This document shows positions 38,601-51,345 of a stretch of 64,000 bases of DNA, one piece after another; the stretch's first letter is position 1; the number at the start of each line of letters is the position of its first letter. The DNA is taken from positions 36,642,001 through 36,706,000 of the forward strand of contig NC_045138.2 in assembly GCF_008831285.2 (NCBI RefSeq), in the 5' to 3' direction. Made by a program: the position numbers and the translations under genes. This DNA comes from Nymphaea colorata. Taxonomy: Eukaryota. Under the pieces are notes generated by a model. That model was not told the DNA's origin. It was given only the letters and a program-made list of their open reading frames with translations, and did no database searches.

Positions 38601-40793
38601 AAAGGACCTTGCAATGCAACAGGTGAGATAGTAGAGAACAAAGGAAGTTCCTAAAATAGGTTTATATTCCTAATTAAGAACAAATCCTTGTTCCTCAAAC
38701 ATGATACTTTAGAGATAAATGTCAAAGCATTTATACCCTCCGAAAGAATTTGCTCAATCAGAGAATAGTGACAAAATAGAGGGCTAATGCAGAAAGAAAT
38801 CCTGCATTAATCAAGAGTAAATTAACATGGTTGTAACTTAGAAAATTATTAGCAACTGCTTCTGTGTAGCAAAGTAATAGTAAATTTATTTCAATTGCAA
38901 AATTTACAATATTCATAAATACATGTTAAACTTATTCAACCAAAATGTGTTAACTTAATAATAAAAGTAATGGCAGCAACAAAGGAAGATGGTACAAGAA
39001 AGTATTGTAACTACAGTAATGAATTGTTTAATACATTAAGATATTGCAACATAACTATATGAAGATCCAATACAACACATCCTTGAGACTAGCTTTTACA
39101 TGTGTAACCATATCACTTATTATTAATAAATAATAACGGATAATGACAGGGCTGATGCCATGCATGATAAGTGGGGGTATTGTGGTTTCTTCTTTTAGGA
39201 GCCTACCTTTTCCCTCCAAACTAAGAAGTTTTATCACCAGGTTAAGGAGGAAATAGCACGCACTAAAGTTTGTTTATCTGATAGCCACTTACATACACGA
39301 GACAGTTGTTAAAATCAGTTAGCTACTGAAATTATGCATGTGATTTGCAGCCACTTTTATTATTCTACATTGGCATATTATTTGTGCAACTTATTACTTA
39401 TTATCATCTGGATGTGAAATTGTAGACGGAGATACACAATTAGGAAAGATGGTTGAAAGAGAATCTCCCTGTTAGTATTTTTTTTATTTAATATGTCTAT
39501 CTTCTTTGGGTTTACAATATTCTTGAACAAAATTTACTAAAGACAACATGTTATGTTGAATGTAGATCTTAAGTTGGACCAACCACTACAAGTTACGATA
39601 CATATTTGATACAATTGTGTTCCTAACTAGAATCCCATGGTAATAAAAGTAATAACAAGAGTGGGAAAAGTAATATCAAAGTTTCCTAAAGAAGTTGGAT
39701 GTGTATTGGCAGGTTTGTCTTTCCTTGAGAAATTTATAAAACATCTCAGAGGAGGAAAAAACCAAAGGATTTTGCTCTAGGAAAGTTTTTTTCCATGCCA
39801 CAAACTCTTATATAGAGGTACTTCACATATATCGATTCTTACTTGGTACGAACTGATAGTAGACTGGCTAATACGTTCCTGGTGGAACGCAAATAGCACC
39901 AAGGTTGTTCTTACAAAGGACTATTTCTCAGTTAGATGAACAAATATTTCATCATGAATTAGGTCAAGTTACTATGGGCATATTCACAAGGTCTCCTTAA
40001 GGATAACATTGTACATGTAAAAAGTCGCAAAAAAAAAAAAGGACTTCCAAAATATATGGACCAACATGGGAAAAATTACTCCAGATTTATGCAGAAGATA
40101 ATTATCGACCTTAGTATCTAATCTCAAAGGAGAATCTGTAGTGCATAAACAAGCAAATTCCACTAATCAGGCAGATAAAAGAAGAAGCTATAAGCAAATC
40201 CCCAAGAAACAGAAATTGCTGCATGATCACAAACGGAACCACTAGCACTTCTCATACTCCATTATGCACTAAATCGAAAAGCTAAACGAAATTCTGTTTG
40301 GAAAATAAGAACCAAACAGCCCGACAAAACGAACTCAAGACACCAATAAACGCATGGAATGGGACTACCTCCGCGATACGCCAGCAAAGCAATGCACCAG
40401 AATCGTGCCCTCGGCGCGGCTTTTCTCGATGAAGTCCAAGCACACATCCAGATAGTCCAGCAAATTCTCGCTCTCCATATCCCTCAAGGGGACCGCCATC
40501 CTCACGAACCTTAGTCCCTCTCCCGCCATTTGCACCACGCCCAAAATCCTACCTTCCTCTCCCTGCTTCAACCCCTCGCCCGCCTCCGGCCGCTCTTCTC
40601 CAGCGGCAAAGACTTTCCGGACTTCCTTCGCCGGAATCTCGAGCCTAGGCCGCCACTCGGAAAAGAATGAGACGGACACCGAGCTGAGGAGAGAGAGGAG
40701 GTGAGTGATCTCCCGCGGACCACGGCCGAGGAGGACATCCGCCGCGTCGTTGATATCGCCGATCAAGAGTCTGTCTCTAACCGGAAAAGGCAT
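35601..40793 (-). CDS. Dual-specificity protein phosphatase, YVH1/DUSP12 type with C-terminal zinc-binding domain, 357 aa, 6 exons
   Basis: Exons 40793-40369, 37755-37703, 37314-37250, 37163-37085, 36335-36039, 35755-35601; 1074 nt in frame. Catalytic VHCFAGVSRSAA, CPNDGFLEQL, FRCKSCRR, CSSIFIEPLKWM, GKLSCIHCQSRLGYFNWSGIQCSCGSWITPAFQLHKSRID. Confidence 0.96.
38200..39900. mobile_element. Possible decayed LTR-retrotransposon remnants in intron 1 of the phosphatase gene
   Basis: AATATCAGAGCC at ~38573-38584 resembles a degenerate tRNA-iMet PBS (TGGTATCAGAGC). No coding domain is visible. Confidence 0.25.
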
Positions 40794-43700
40794 CTCGATC
40801 GTCGGAAAAAAGGAAGAAGATGCTCCCGGGTTCCGGCGAATCCCTCACGCTTCTTTGCGACGGAGAAGGCCTCTGCCCCGCACGGGCTTTCTTATAGGGC
40901 GCGCACTTGCGATCAACCGTTAGGATCATCGGGCGGCGAGGGTCGCACGCGCAACGAGGGCTTCGCTCGGCGTGCCATCTTGCTGATGTGGCAAAGTAGA
41001 GTCCATCCTAAGGTGGGAGCGTGGGCCCCAGATGGCCCTCCTTTTGATGCCACGGTGGACTTCCTGTTCAATGACGTGGCAAGAACATGGACGAGTATGT
41101 GTACTCGGCTTTTTAAAGACAAAAGTATCCTTTGACTCAATTACATTATTTCAAGCAATTTACTTTGGCAGCAAGCTTTTTCAAGTATGTCTGTTTAGAT
41201 ATAATTATTTGTTCAACACTTGAATTGGGATTAGTGTTAATAATGCAGGAACATTGTATTAGTTGATATACGAGAGGAAAAACTTCTACTTTTTTTCGGA
41301 GCGAGCAGTGGGTTATATTATTCTCGTTCATCGGATGAATAGGTATTTAAGATATTTTGATTTGAGTGTCCTAAGTCCTTGAATTGTTGATCGCAATTCT
41401 TTTGGACATTAAACAGAAGGAAGCCATGAAGTATGGTCTAATTCAATCAATATATATATCTTTAATATAAATTTATGATTGAATAGTCTTAGGACAATGA
41501 ATTAACCAAACTGCTTTTACAACAATGGTTGCGCAACTTCATGCAAGAGATTAGAGTGAAGACTTCATGGAGTAGGATGATGTTGAAAGGGCATGCTTTT
41601 ATTTGCATGGAGTTCTAACAAGTGTCGACATCAATAGAAGCCTACAAAGCACACGTCCCACTACATCATGCACGTCCACATGCGCATATGTCACATGGTC
41701 ATACTCATTGATCAAGACACGAAACTCAGCATCTCCAGCCACATGCAACCATGGACACATCATGGGCTGGCTAAAAGACATCCATGCCCATCAACGCCAT
41801 ACACAGCGACAATCCGTTTTATACACAACCATGGCCAAAGATGTCAATGGTCCCATGACTTGCGTATCGCATGTCATGTACTTTGTTGTTAGTATAGACA
41901 GATGTACACTATCCTGTGATGACAATTGTGATGAAGTTGATTCTTTGTTGGCAATGGTGCTGATGGTGATGGTGATCTCCCTCGCAAGTTGGCTGCCGCG
42001 ATTATTTGTCCAATGATAAAAAAAAAACAAAGTTAAGAAGCAATACAGAATCTGGTGTGTTGTTTTCGAGTAGGTTCATCCAACCTACAATATCACACGG
42101 ACACTTTTATTTAACTATCAAAGCGATAAGCAAGTAGTTGTATTATATTATTCGATGATCTTTTCTTGTATGTTGGATGGATTCTTGTGAGCGTTATTGT
42201 TATTTATATGTTCGATTCTTGTGAGTGTTATTATTATTATTATTATTATTATGAGCAAGGTGTCTTATTTTCTTACTAGACTTTGACTTTGATGGAGTTC
42301 TAGACTCTTCTTAATTCTAAACTTTTAGAATTTCTTTTTGTGATGATTTTAGCTCCGATAATTTGCATATAAAGGTACTGGAGAAAGATCAAAAGTATTT
42401 ACGCGTCACGGGATAGATTCCTTTGAGTGCTGATGTTTAAAATTGTTAAAGTTCGGTGGCAGTGAACACAATAAACAAAATGTAGGACGTATGAGAGAGA
42501 AAGAGAGAGAGAGAGAAAGCAAACAACGACCCCTGGGTTAACGATAGCGGATCACATCACATCCAACAGCCACCACATCTCATTTTGCAGCCACATGAAC
42601 GTCTGGATCAAGTCAGATGTGCGGTGGAGATTGAACATCAAGTGATCGGTTAGTTTATTATTATTTGCACAAGCTGCCTTGGTCCACTCTCTTAACTAGC
42701 CAGGAAAAAAAAGAAACAAAGACCCATTTGTCGCAAATTTGAAGAAATGTCAAGGTTGTGATTTCTACAAACTCTATGGAGACTATAAAGATCCGAGGTG
42801 ATTTAAGATTCTATGCATCATCGATAATGATGCCAAATTTGCATTATAGATTCCTCAACCATACATTTTTGGATGACTGGAAGCCACCAGAAAAAGAACC
42901 AAAGTCCTGCCACTTCGAATCGACCTTTGGCATACCTGTCAACTAGTTGTCACCGTCTGCGGTTCAAAGGAATAACATTCACAAGAATCAAACCAATGAC
43001 GATACTGTTAACATACCCATCGTCCGGACCAGCTGTGCTAAATGTCTTTGGGATGCAATCAACCTTACATTGCATGAGGATGGATCTCTGAATCTCGAGT
43101 CATATTTCATTACCCTCTCGCTTGAGACAAGTGAATGTAAAGCACAATGATTATCTTAAATCTACTCTTTTAAAATCTACAGTTTAGAACCATGACTTTT
43201 AGAGGGGTCCCCTTGGGTGTTTTTTATAAAAGATTGTATCAGGTTTCAAATTTTTTGAAAACCAAGGAGGTGCGGCCCCTAGTTGGCTCTGCGGATGGTC
43301 CATTCATTCTTGATGCGCTCCTTTTGACTTACATGGAAAAACGAAATCTCTTTTAGGCGCATTTCTAAGGGCAAAGGATATTCCTTTCGTAAAAAGTAGG
43401 TTTTTCTATCTTTGGAACCGAGTTATGTCATAAAGTTTGTATTGCATAGATTGTTTGGTAGTCGAAAGCAGCTCAGGAATTTTTGCTAGTGGCTTCTTTG
43501 AACGACGCTCGAACATGATTTGAGCATCCAAAGCTTTTGTATTAAGTTTTTTCTTTCTTTCTTTTTCAATCAAAGCTTATGTATTGAGTTAAAATCGATA
43601 TAAGAATACCGGGTGGGTCTCTGACACGGTGGTAGAGTCACAGTCATTGAGTTCGTAACTCAATAGAGAGTTTTCTTCATTGTCTCGCCAAAAGCTTATT

Positions 43701-44673
43701 ATATGCCAAAGTTAGGCATTTAAGAAACATTTTTATTCTACTTTTACCAAAATGCAGAGAGGTATACCGGTCTGATCATGCCGCCTTCCATTTTATTTTG
43801 TGATCATTAGGCATGTTTTTCTACTGTTCTTAGTAATTCTAACCATATGGATAAGTGTGGAATGTACAAAGGTATATGCCAACAAAATTTATAAAAATCT
43901 AGATTGTGTGTCATGTTCTATTTATTTGAGGAAAAGTTACAAAAATACTGTCTAACAAATAGGCAAATGTCAAATTAACTAACTAAATTTTGACGCTATC
44001 AAACTTTTGCATGTAAATCTCAAACCACGGTTTCTTTATAAAAAATATTAAAATAGTAAGATGTCATTGTCTGGCCTGATGTCTTCAAGGCAGAAGTTTT
44101 CTTCTTCTTCTTCTTCTTTTTTTTTTTTTCTTTAAAAATGATCTTTGGAAAAAGTCATACTATAGGTTCCTAAATTTAACACATAAAAGTAATATTTAAA
44201 TCAGATACAATATAAACAAAAGATTATTTTTTCTTTTAACAGACTTATTATGCGGAATCCAATCTACCACCATACAAAATCCTTGGTATAGATATAGCCA
44301 AAACCGATGAGTAGGGTCAACTGTCTCTTAAAGTATATCTTTCTGTGAGGACAATCGTGAAGTGAAGGGTGTTAAAGTTTGAACAAATTTGTCATTGCTT
44401 TCTCATGCTGTTGCTCTTGTAAGACTATATATTTCAAACACAATTGAGAGAAAAAGTCTCGCGTCTATGTAATAATTTAAACGAAGAGTGGGAAAAAAAA
44501 GTACGATGTAGGTACACTGGTTGCGGGTTTGGATCTAGATCCGTTCAGTTGGTCGTTTGTAATGTAGTTATAAAAAGACATTGGATTCCTAAGAACCCTA
44601 GATTTCTGGTCCAACACAACCCCTTAATTCCAAATCTTATAGCAAATTTGAAAACCGTAATTTGGAACCCATA

Positions 44674-44876
44674 GGCAGCGTTTGATAACCTTAAACCTGA
44701 GATTTGATGCCGCTTTTAAATCCATATTAAGTTAAATATACAATTTAAATAGATTTCTCAATTGGAGATCTCAAATCCATATTACCTTGTGGAAATCATG
44801 GGCTTGTCTTACCATATATCCATGCCTTTAAAATTGTGATAGCCTCGGATTAGAGATTCGAGGTTATCAAACATTG
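44674..44876. mobile_element. Tourist-like MITE upstream of CFAP20
   Basis: Imperfect TIRs CAGCGTTTGATAACCTT ... GAGGTTATCAAACATTG (14/17), about 200 bp apart. Confidence 0.65.
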
Positions 44877-45523
44877 AACAATGGATCTCTCCCACCACAG
44901 GCCCCATGTATTGTCAGCCTAGCTATCAAACATGGCCTAGGTGTCTTTTATCTCGCGTCCATTTTGGGATATGGATATGGATCAAGCTAATAGGGATCGA
45001 ATCGAATGACTTAAAATTCGGACCATATCCAGGTTCGCCATCACCGGCCGACGTCCGATCCGTTCCCGCCCTCAGCAATTTAACTGAACATATATAATAT
45101 CCGATAAGAGTAATTTGCCTTTTCACCCGCCACCGCCTCCGAGACTCCGACCCTGTTAGGGTTACCTGAACCCGAAGCACGCGCGAGCCAACGGCTCCAT
45201 TCGTGGTGCGACTCTTTCTCTTTCTTTCTCTCGGTGTCTGCACATGTTAGATTTCCGATTTTATTCAGAAAGATGGATTTCGGCTTGTGTTTGGAAGCTG
45301 ATTGGCGGATCTTGGGACCTGAAGCAAGAGGGGGGAAAAAGGGATTTGAAATGGGATTTTGTACATCAATCCGATTGGAGGCTTTGGTTTCTTTATTTGT
45401 TGCTGAATTATGTCGTTATGCATTTTCGATCACAGGTTTTTCTTTTGGGCGGCATTCTTTCGAGTTTTTTCAGGTTGGGTCGTAATTTTTGTGGTTTGAG
45501 GGGTGTCCACGATCTGAATCGTG

Positions 45524-46980
45524 ATGTTCAAGAACACGTTTCAATCGGGGTTTCTTTCCATTCTGTACAGTTTGGGGTACTTTCTATTGCCCGCCTCTTT
45601 TTTTTCACCTTTTGTCCCTTGTTGGATCCATTATTGTTCTCGCCTGTTCATGAAATTTTCGATTGATGGTGTTTCGGGTGTTTTTGCTGTAGGAGCAAGC
45701 CTCTGCAGATATGGGACAAAGAAGGTTACTGTGTCTTGGTCATGATTATTTTCTTTTGCCTTCGTGGTTTCTGCTGCATTTGTTTTTCTTTGTTTTAAAT
45801 TGGTTTCCGTTGGTGTTCCCTTAACACAATATATTATCTCGACCACTTCCATTGAATTGGTGACTTTTGATTGTTATTCGATTGAGCAGAAATATGAAGC
45901 TCGCTTTGCTTCTCTAAACTGATTTTACGATGATATTTTGTGACTGTCGTCTATTAGATATCTTTTCTAGAATGATCTCAATGCGGGTCATAGAACAATT
46001 GGTATTTCAGTCAGTCGCTGGGTGTGCGTTACCTTGTTCATGGTGAGATGTCGAGCATATTTTAGTGTCTGTGCTTATGTTGCTTCCTGTTTCTTTTTTT
46101 CATCTATCGTAGAGGCATTTCTACCTAGTCCACTAGTAAATCTGATACCTAGATTGTTCATTCCGTTTATGCCACTTCCACCTAGTGAGTTCCGAGAGTA
46201 AGGTGGTGCTAAGAGCACTTTTTGATGAGATCCTAACTTGAGCTCCAGAATGGATGACACCTATCCAAATGTTTCACAAGCTCATTGTCCAAGTATGGCT
46301 TTTAGGTTGATTTTTTCTGTTCTGATCCAAGAAGCTGAAATAATACTTCTGGATGGCATAATCCAATGCGCTATGGTCCTAGCTATCTATCTACTTCCTA
46401 TCTGAACCTTTCTTTGGTCTAATCAATCGGGGCTAATACAAAAACACATTAGTTTCATCAGCTATGGTGATACTTCTAACCTCATTGATTATTAAGGCTA
46501 GTACTTGTGTTTTCCCAATTTTTTACAAAGAATATTATATTATATCTTTATAAATATAAGAAACATCTGTTCATCTCATTTAAGTTTGTGATGTTAGAAT
46601 CAGGTAATAAAATACTGGTGCATGCTTAGGTTGTCATGTTACTATTATAGGAATTACTAGTTGTGGATGACCCTGTATCTTCATTTGGGATTCTGGACGT
46701 ATAGTTTAAGTAAATTTTAATATCATGTATATAGGTGCATTTTTGAGCATCAGTAAAACGGTTGACTGTCTTTACCTGTTCCAGCTTGAGAAGACTTGTT
46801 AGGTTTTAGTTCTGTGTTGAACAGTATTTCCAGGTTAGTCAATTTTGTGAGGGAAAAAAGCAAAGTTAGGAATTATGGCCTTCCTTCATGACAAATACCA
46901 TGTTGACATATGGAAAAAGATTATCAGTACCACGTTTTCAGTTTCAAATATTGAGCTAGGTCCAGTTTGCAAGTTTTTGT

Positions 46981-47026
<46 letters not shown>

Positions 47027-50007
47027 TAAGAAACGACTAAAGCTAAATTCAGTTTTGGAAAAGCTTAGTCAAATAGAACTTTTCCACTTTGTTTTCTTTC
47101 ATGAACAAATTAGAGTTAATTACATGCTGGTCTTTTAATTGCCGGTATCTTTTTTGTGTTCACAAGTTGGCATAATCATTTGCATATGTTCATTCATTTT
47201 GTGTATTAAATTGCTTCATAGAATACACTTAAATAGGTTGTGATTTTTCCTCTTTTGGATTTGTTTAGTTGTCAATGGTCAGATTAAAAGGCCACAAGAT
47301 GAAGATATTCAGTCCAATGTCCTTGAAATAGTGGGATCAAATGTGCAATCAACATATATCACGTGTCCTGCTGATCCTGCTGCAACACTTGGTATAAAGC
47401 TCCCTTATTTAGTTATGATTGTGAAGAATCTGAAGAAATACTTCACATTTGAGATCCAAATTCTGGATGATAAAAATGTCAGACGTCGATTCAGGGCTTC
47501 AAACTTTCAAGTGTGTAAGTCTTGCCAAAGTTACTGAATTCATGATTTTTCTGTTTGTTGCCATTCTATTGTTGTTTTCCTTGTACAGTTGCTGCCCTTG
47601 TAGCTGAGACATGATTAACACTGAAGGTTCTTCCTCCTGTGCTAGGTTGTTCCTTTGTTGTCATATTTTTCTCATAGTTTAAAGTTTAAACAATAGTCAA
47701 TAGTGGATCAGTACAATCTTTGCTGATTAGTTAGTATAGCCAAACCACCACATCTATTTTCCATTTCATAAAATCAAACTGCCAGGTAATCGAACATTAT
47801 GTACTAGAGCTTCCATCATGTAGAATTGTAGATTCCTGGATGTACTCTGTGCAGCATTCAATTCCTATAAGCTATAATGAAATCCATGCAAATCTTAAAG
47901 ATTAACATTAATTATTTATGGGAACCAACAACAATAAGCACCCTGTCCCTACATCACCAGCTAATTCAGTGTCTTGAGAGATCTGTACTGTGATGGTGTT
48001 ATACAAAGGATGACGGCATAAGCATATATTCTGATGTTGTCTATGACAACTTATATTTTAAGTATCATGAATGACTGCTTCACCCAGTAATCCAATATAG
48101 ATTGTGTAAGTTCCTTGGAAAGAAATAAATTACAAAATATTGCAACCCACTGAGTCCAAGTTTCTTTGCCCACTCTCTGTTTTTCTCTTCAGCCTATATT
48201 TCCAGACGAACTAATGTGGTCTTGTTACTTTTCTTGTTGGCTGGTGTGGACACATCGATGCTGCTTTTACATTTTTGCAATCAATATTGGCATTGTTCTT
48301 AACAAGATTGCCATGCATAAGGGCAACTTTGGCTTGGTTCAGCTCAGAGCTTAGACACAGATGGGCTCATTAATATGGTAGACTATATACATATATTCTA
48401 TTATATACAGACATGTATACAGTATTGAAATATATAATTATATCTCCAAAACAGCTTTAGTTATGCTTGGTACAAACGTTAAAATGGTCCAATTGATCAG
48501 GCTTTTATGTAAGAGTGGCCATCGGGTCGGGTACACGACGGTTACCCGGTACCCGGCCGACTCGGACTTGAAAAAATGGGACCTGGCCGGCCTGACTGAG
48601 TTTGGTTTGGCCCGATAAAAAAATTTTAATATATATTTTATTAATGTTTATATATATTTTTAATATTTTATTTACGGGCTCAGGTTTTAGGTGTCGGGCC
48701 GGGCCGCAGGCCAGCCTGATGCCCAGGCTTACTTTTATGGCCCTTCAGTAGAGTCTGAATAAGAGAAGATAAAGATTCAGTGGCTTGTGTGTCTTTGTGG
48801 AGTACCTGTACACATTCATTCAGTTACCGAGTTGATACAGAAAAAAACATGACTAAATTGCTCACCAGAAGTTGCAGGTTGCCTGGCTGTTGGTCTTTTC
48901 AGTAGTTGCCAGGATTTGAACCAAAATGGAAGCAGTATGATGGTCCGAGTAGTTTCTAAGCTTAAGAAGTCATATGTTGTGTTAATTAAAATAGATGCAT
49001 TAAAATACTAGTAACTTGACATAAGTAAAACTTAAAAACTTGTATCATAGTTGTAAGAAATCTGTACGGAATTTACCGTGCTGAACAGATCCTCTGCCTC
49101 CAGGAATGTTTAGAGCACAAAATCTAGCTGAAATTTACTTTACGTATCTGTCTTTAAAGGTATGAATTATGAAAGCTGATTATAAGATACGTATACATCT
49201 GGTTATAGTACCTCTACAATTTTTTTCTGTCATTACTCTGATCCTCCTGTTGCAAGGTAGTCGCTTGTAAAATGGATCGATCCTTGCTGTTGAGGCTGGT
49301 CCTGTGTCTGGACATGATTTCCTCGGCATATGTGTTTTCATTCATTCAAGAAGCAATATGTTCATTCAAGAAGCAATATGTCCCAATAATAATATTGTGA
49401 AAAATGATACTGATGCCTTATCGATAGTATGTAAGATTATCGTCACCTATTTGCTTGTTGGCTGGCTTGTATCGCCTTTTCAATCTATGAATTAAGCAAT
49501 AATTGAGAATGTTTTGTATTGATTTTGAAATGAAAAGAAAAATTAAAAATAAGAACTCTGAATTCTCTATCAGCCGATGTGCACGATAGATACTCATAAC
49601 ATGGATACGTCCAGTCAAAACTTTTCTGAAAGGTACTAAGAAAGTTATGGGTTACATTTGCAGTCTGTAACGCGTGTAAAGCCATATATCTGCACCATGC
49701 CCCTCAAATTAGATGATGGATGGAATCAGGTTCAGCTGAACCTGACAGATCTCACCCGAAGAGCATATGGTACGAATTATGTTGAGACATTGAGAGTTCA
49801 AGTTCATGCAAACTGCCGCCTGAGAAGAATATACTTTTCCGACCGTCTCTACTCTGAGGAGGAGCTTCCACCTGAATTTAAATTATATCTACCAGTGCAG
49901 GTGATGCACCTTCTCGTAGACTTTGATCCTGGGGTACGCACTTTACCCATCGCCTATTTGTTTCCTGATTTCTGACAATGTTTCCTTGTTTCATGCAGAA
50001 GGCCTAA
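45524..50007 (+). CDS. CFAP20: Cilia- and flagella-associated protein 20 (BUG22) homolog, 190 aa, 5 exons
   Basis: Exons 45524-45576, 45693-45724, 47269-47510, 49664-49900, 49999-50007; 573 nt. [29 protein letters not shown]...[55 protein letters not shown]...[34 protein letters not shown]. Confidence 0.98.
48510..48731. mobile_element. Complete non-autonomous hAT MITE (222 bp) with 8-bp TSD in CFAP20 intron 3
   Basis: TSD CTTTTATG at 48502-48509 and 48732-48739. TIRs TAAGAGTGGCCATCGGG / CCTGATGCCCAGGCTTA (13/17). Confidence 0.9.
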
Positions 50008-51345
50008 CTCGGCAGCATCTTTATGGAAGGACCACATGAAAATCTCTATAAAGTTGTAGGCTATACTCTATTTCAACCGTGCTGATTCAAGTCTTGTAGC
50101 TACATAGATGTATCCTGACATGTTGGGTTCCAGCTTGACATACAGAATGCTGAGCCCCTCTAGAAAGAGTCGCCTGAAAGGCTTTGTTGTCGATCAGTTG
50201 TTTGTGTTTTCCTTAGATCTGATATATTCATGTTCTTGATAACTTTTGTGGCCGTTGTCACTATCGGCATCGGATGGCAGAAGGCTTTTTCTTGGCAGAA
50301 TTTCTTCAACAGCCTGTCTTGTATCTAGGTGGTGCGCGGGCGTTGTGTGTATGTGCGTGCCCGTGCACATGTCCGTACAGTATATTTTTTGGAGTTTTTA
50401 GATTCATAAAAATGCACACACCCTTTCTTTGGGTAAAAGGCTACATTTGCATGCAACAACGACACCTGCTCGAGTGGAGGTTTTGAGTTTTCGTACGGTT
50501 TGTGACATCATGCGCGCAAAAATCCAAGGTGGCTGGGGTTTTAGAGGATAGTGATTATGGGACTTGCATTGATGCCGGGTTAAACTGTTGTTGCTTGGTT
50601 TTGCCATCGAAGAAGAAAAAATAAACGAAACTGAACATCCTGATGTGCTTAAAACTCAATATCCGTGGTAACGGTCTGTCTGCTGTGGAAAAGCCCCGCC
50701 TCTCTCTTTCTCTCTCCCGAACGGGCAAACGCATGCTCGCGTAACCACAAGCATAGAATTAACTGATGTCCCAAAGGAGCATAAATATGACCCATTAATT
50801 CTATTTGCTTGCACTATTGTGGCCGAGTAGCACAAATGTATGACCTAGAGCGTCCAGGAGGGATCTGGTACTCGAACCGAAAATTCAAGTCCCTTTCTTC
50901 TCAGTAGAAATAACCTGCATTGCCTGGGCCCTGGCTTGTTTAAGACCAATTGCACACCAAAACTCCAATTGTAGCTTCGCTGACCAGGTGCATCCGTCCT
51001 TTGTTGCCTGATCCATCGGACTCTGGAAAGAAAAACAATTCTCACAGAAACCACCATGAAAATTTGCCACTCCCCTTGTATTATTGCCTGAATCTGGCAG
51101 TTCACATAGCTTATGGAAAAGAATTAACATTCATATGAATGAACGGATTAACTGAGCAAGCTGGACAAAGAAGGAACAAATTTACAAGTGCACAAGGTCT
51201 TTCCTTCTTGTCCTCGAGGAATTCGTGGTCTCGTTTGCATTTAATTCTGTAACATTCCAATTTGGGAAGTTCAAGTAATGGGAGCTCAGGGAAATCACAG
51301 TCAACTGTCTCATTCAAAACTTGAAACGTCAAGCCAGCAGCGATA

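Noticed and set aside
41500..43200. ORFs of 60-137 aa between the phosphatase and CFAP20
   Set aside because: No recognisable domain; probably decayed repeat sequence.
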